Source of the DNA: an uncultured Holophaga sp.
GTDB lineage: Bacteria; Acidobacteriota; Holophagae; Holophagales; Holophagaceae
DNA length: 64,000 nucleotides
NCBI GenBank assembly: GCA_963664825.1
Contig: OY761614.1
Span: forward strand, 192,001 to 256,000
Reading direction: 5' to 3'
Below are positions 60,669 to 64,000 of this stretch, piece by piece. Within the stretch, counting starts at the first letter, position 1; the number at the start of each line of letters is the position of its first letter. A program made the translations under genes and the position numbers. The notes below the pieces were generated by a model, which saw only the letters and a list, made by a program, of their open reading frames with translations, did no database searches and was not told the DNA's origin.

Positions 60669-61391
60669 TTAGCTCTGGCTCTCCCGACGGATGAACTCAT
60701 CGATCATCTGGGAAGCCGCATTGTTGATGGTGGTGATGGTCTTGTCCTGCAGGTTCGTGTAGTAGTTGAAGATCCACACGGCGGGGATGGCGACCACCAG
60801 ACCGAGGGCGGTGGTGCCGAGGGCCTCACCGATGGAACCGGCCAGCGCGTTGATGTCGCCAGCGCCCTTTTCCTTCAGGGTGGAGAACACGGCGATGATG
60901 CCCCACACGGTGCCCAGCAGGCCGATGAAGGGGGAGCAGGAAGCGATGGTGGCCAGGGTGCCCATGCCCTTCTTGAGGAGCTCGGTCACTTCGGCGGTGC
61001 CACGGATGATGGCGCGCTCGACGGGCTGGATCACGTCATGGTTCTCGTGAAGGGCCTTGAGCTGCTTTTCATACTGGAAGATGTCCAGGCCGTGCTTCAG
61101 CACGAGGGCGATGTGGCTCTTGTTGTGGGTGGTGGCGGCGCGACGGGCGGCTTCGAAATCACCGCGGCGCAGGGTGTCCATGAAGAGCTTGAGGAACTTC
61201 TTGGAGGCGGAGCTGCTCTGGGCATACATGATGCCGCGCTCGACGGCCATGTAGACCTGGAGGGCGAGGAGGATGAGCAGGACAGTGATGATGCCCTTGT
61301 TGAAGACCGTGGCCGCAGCCCAGATTTCCATGGGGCCGAAGGCGTGGCCCGACAGCAGACCGAAGTTGACGGTATCGAGGAGGAAGTTCAT
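60669..61391 (-). CDS. exbB: MotA/TolQ/ExbB proton channel
   Basis: PFIGLLGTVWGII and EALGTTALGLVVAIPA motifs. Confidence 0.9.
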   Translation of the reverse strand: MNFLLDTVNFGLLSGHAFGPMEIWAAATVFNKGIITVLLILLALQVYMAVERGIMYAQSSSASKKFLKLFMDTLRRGDFEAARRAATTHNKSHIALVLKHGLDIFQYEKQLKALHENHDVIQPVERAIIRGTAEVTELLKKGMGTLATIASCSPFIGLLGTVWGIIAVFSTLKEKGAGDINALAGSIGEALGTTALGLVVAIPAVWIFNYYTNLQDKTITTINNAASQMIDEFIRRESQS

Positions 61392-61458
61392 TGGGATTCC
61401 TTTAGGTGGGGGAAGGAGAAGTTACGAAGGAAATCAGAGGATTCGGATCAGGACGCGA

Positions 61459-62274
61459 CTATCTCAGTTTGAAGTTCAGGGTCAGTTTGAACTTGGCGGG
61501 CTGGGGGACGCCATTCAGCATGGCGGGTTCGAAGCGCCAGTTCATGGCGTAACCCTCCGCCATGGGCCGAAGCTGGGGCGGGCCCTCGAGGGCCACAGCC
61601 TTGATGGGAACACCATCGATGCCGATGATGATTTCCACCGTCACCGTGCCCTGGATCTTGGCGATCTTGGCGAGGGGCGGATAGGGGGGCTGAGGGGGCT
61701 GATGCTTGATCCGGATCTGACTGAAGTCGAAATCCACCACCTTGCTGGTGCTGGAACCGGAACCAGCTACCGCCATACCCGTACCACCGACACCGCCACC
61801 GGCCACGGAAGGACCGCTGCCGCCGACCTGACCACCCTGGCCCGCATAGGCCATGGAGAGATCCCGGGTGGGCAACGCGCGGGGCGCGACGTCAGGCACG
61901 ATATCCTGGTTGGGGTTGATGGGAGGCGGAGGCGGCGCATCCTGCCGTTCGACCTTGGGAGCCGCGGGACGGGCCGCGGGAGCCGGGGGCGGAGGCGGAG
62001 GCGGGGGCGGAGGCGGCGCATCCGTCTGCTCCTGCAGATCGAGACCGATGGTGGCCTTGACAACATTCTTGCCGACCTGGGTCTGGGTCACCATCACCCA
62101 GGCCAAGCCGCCGAACACCGCATAGCTGGCCAGTGTCAGGGGAATCGCGACCAGCGGATTGGCACGCTGGACGGAGCCATTGCCTTCCGCCAGCGAGGTC
62201 CGATAGACCAATTCCTCCAAATTCACTGGAGTTTCCCCTTTCGGAGGAGGGTTGGGATTGGGGTCTTTGCTCAT
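61459..62274 (-). CDS. tonB: TonB-family energy transducer
   Basis: TM, poly-Pro linker, YPP.A....IQG.V and WRFEPA..NG. Confidence 0.88.
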   Translation of the reverse strand: MSKDPNPNPPPKGETPVNLEELVYRTSLAEGNGSVQRANPLVAIPLTLASYAVFGGLAWVMVTQTQVGKNVVKATIGLDLQEQTDAPPPPPPPPPPPAPAARPAAPKVERQDAPPPPPINPNQDIVPDVAPRALPTRDLSMAYAGQGGQVGGSGPSVAGGGVGGTGMAVAGSGSSTSKVVDFDFSQIRIKHQPPQPPYPPLAKIAKIQGTVTVEIIIGIDGVPIKAVALEGPPQLRPMAEGYAMNWRFEPAMLNGVPQPAKFKLTLNFKLR

Positions 62275-62306
62275 GCGACTCCCGTAGAAGAACCTGAATG
62301 TTGGGG

Positions 62307-62347
62307 AAAAAAGTGGAGCCGAACCCGCTGACTGGCTGGTTCGGCTC
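62307..62347 (-). terminator. intrinsic terminator in the tonB leader
   Basis: Minus strand GAGCCGAACC-N12-GGTTCGGCTC-cac-TTTTTT, 32 nt before the tonB ATG. Confidence 0.65.
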
Positions 62348-62387
62348 ACGAACTGACAAGGAAAGAACTGGGACAGGCCCAGCGGCT

Positions 62388-62416
62388 AAGATGACAAAGG
62401 GGCTGCCCTTCGTCAA
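62388..62416 (-). promoter_or_regulatory. sigma70-like promoter
   Basis: TTGACG-17 bp-CATCTT on the minus strand. Confidence 0.5.
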
Positions 62417-62539
62417 GTCCCGAATCCCTTCTGGATCCACAATTGACGCCATTTCCCGTTTTTTTTCCACAGGCGTGACACAGCTCCGGCACCCCGCCCT
62501 TTTTTCGTGACTTTCTCCACCGAAAACCCAGGAACCGTC

Positions 62540-63679
62540 ATGCCAACGTCACAGCTATTTCAATACACACCTGAATCCATGCGGGTTAGCCCTGCCAGGG
62601 CTGGCGGGTTCCTGACCAGCCACGGCCAGGTGTCCACTCCCGCCTTCATGCCCGTGGGCACCCAAGGAACGGTCAAGGGGACCACGCCCGCCCAGCTTCT
62701 CGAGATTGGACCCCAGGTCATTCTCGGCAACACCTACCACCTCGGCCTCCGCCCCGGCGACGCCCTGGTGGCGCAGCTGGGGGGGCTCCACGCCTTCATG
62801 GGTTGGAAAGGCCCCATCCTGACCGATTCAGGAGGGTTTCAGGTCTTCTCCCTGGCCTCCATGCGCAAGATCACGGAAGAAGGCGTGGCCTTCAGGAGCC
62901 ACCACGATGGCTCGAGCCACTTCCTCAGCCCCGAGCGGAGCATGGAGATCCAGCGCAACCTCGGCTCGGATATCGTGATGGCCCTGGATGAATGCCCGGC
63001 GGGCCGCATGGAGCGCCTCCAGCTCGAAGCCTCCATGGCCCGCACGACGCGGTGGTTGAAGCGCTGCCGGGAATACCCGCTGGCCGAGCACCAGGGCCTC
63101 TTCGCCATCAACCAGGGAGGCACCCACCTGGATCTGCGCACGCACCACCTCGAGGAGATCCTCGAGATCGACGCGCACCATCCCTTCCAGGGCTTCGCTG
63201 TCGGCGGCTTGAGCGTGGGGGAGCCCAAGGAGGAGATGAACGCCACCCTGGCGGAGTTCGTCCATCTGCTGCCGGAGGATCGCCCGCGCTATCTCATGGG
63301 CGTCGGCACCCCCGAGGATCTCCTCTTCGGCATCGAGCAGGGGGTCGACCTCTTCGATTGCGTGCTCCCCACGCGGGAGGCGCGCCATGGGCGCCTGCTC
63401 ACCTCGAGAGGCCGAATCAATATCAAGAACGCCCGGCACCGGGAGAGTCCGGAGCCCCTGGATCCCGATTGCGGCTGCTACACATGCAGGAACTTCAGCC
63501 GGGCCTACCTTCATCATCTCTTCCGGGTTGGCGAGCTTCTCGCTTCGACACTCAACAGCATCCACAACCTGAGCTACACTGTGGGACTCACCCGCGCCGC
63601 AAGGCTGGCCTTGCTGGAGAACCGATTCCCGGACTTCGCACGCCTGACGCGGGATAACTGGAAAACCGAGGAGCCTTGA
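62540..63679 (+). CDS. tgt: tRNA-guanine transglycosylase
   Basis: TPAFMPVGT, NTYHL, TDSGGFQ, YLMGVG and CGCYTC motifs. Confidence 0.96.
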   Translation: MPTSQLFQYTPESMRVSPARAGGFLTSHGQVSTPAFMPVGTQGTVKGTTPAQLLEIGPQVILGNTYHLGLRPGDALVAQLGGLHAFMGWKGPILTDSGGFQVFSLASMRKITEEGVAFRSHHDGSSHFLSPERSMEIQRNLGSDIVMALDECPAGRMERLQLEASMARTTRWLKRCREYPLAEHQGLFAINQGGTHLDLRTHHLEEILEIDAHHPFQGFAVGGLSVGEPKEEMNATLAEFVHLLPEDRPRYLMGVGTPEDLLFGIEQGVDLFDCVLPTREARHGRLLTSRGRINIKNARHRESPEPLDPDCGCYTCRNFSRAYLHHLFRVGELLASTLNSIHNLSYTVGLTRAARLALLENRFPDFARLTRDNWKTEEP

Positions 63680-63985
63680 ATGTACTTAGCCCTGCTTGCA
63701 CCCACCGGCAACCCCATGCTCATGCAGCTGCTGCTCATCGGCGGCATGGGAGCCCTCTTTTACTTCCTTCTGATCCGCCCCCAGAGCAAGGCCCGCAAGG
63801 AGATGGAAGCGCGCCTCTCCAAGCTCAAGGCCGGGGACGAAGTTCTGCTGGCTTCCGGCTTCTACGCCACCGTAGACCGGGTCGAGGACAAGTTCATCTA
63901 TCTGAAGCTTGGCACCACCGTGGTCAAGGCTCGCCGCCAAGCCGTCGTGGCCCTGGCTGGTGAACCCGCTCCCGAGCAGAACTGA
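63680..63985 (+). CDS. yajC: preprotein translocase subunit YajC
   Basis: FYFLLIRPQ.K...LK.GDEV; follows tgt. Confidence 0.92.
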   Translation: MYLALLAPTGNPMLMQLLLIGGMGALFYFLLIRPQSKARKEMEARLSKLKAGDEVLLASGFYATVDRVEDKFIYLKLGTTVVKARRQAVVALAGEPAPEQN

Positions 63986-64000
63986 TCCGTATCATCCCCG

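Noticed and set aside
61975..62020. GGCGGA-type microsatellite
   Set aside because: Encodes the ordinary poly-Pro linker of TonB

Overview
High-GC bacterial chromosome segment, mostly core genes. The protein repertoire suggests Acidobacteriota such as Holophagae/Geothrix-like bacteria (inference only). From left to right: (1) a minus-strand run of DUF4388-like protein, yvcK, TPR protein, NatAB-like ABC and uppP; (2) a wHTH-regulated ABC exporter operon whose permease is split by a complete ISL3 (6055-7384, 8-bp TSD CAAAAAGA); (3) ltaE, an M28 peptidase and a TlpA protein; (4) a complete phosphate locus (DUF47-pit-pstSCAB-phoU-porin) with 11-bp-periodic Pho-box-like arrays; (5) murG, an S41 homologue lacking its catalytic dyad, and a polysaccharide deacetylase; (6) etfBA, TlpA, slipin, an MBL-fold hydrolase and rluB; (7) ppdK, whose 3' end is duplicated around a tautomerase-HxlR cassette; (8) hsp20, pfkB and hrpB; (9) an IS256 (41754-43211) with no TSD, which truncates a beta-helix gene and carries a structured RNA-like element after its transposase; (10) a CadC-like TPR regulator, ssb, an FHA-RDD protein divergent from an orphan MglA-like GTPase, gltX, an aminotransferase, an Fn3 lipoprotein, glnS and an amidohydrolase; (11) tonB-exbB-exbD-exbD behind a leader terminator, then tgt and yajC. 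No rRNA, tRNA or CRISPR array was seen. Best novelty candidates are the IS256 3' structured element, the ppdK att-like mini-island, the S41 pseudoprotease, the tonB leader/sRNA and the orphan MglA/FHA-RDD pair. All family assignments come from motif recognition, not database searches.
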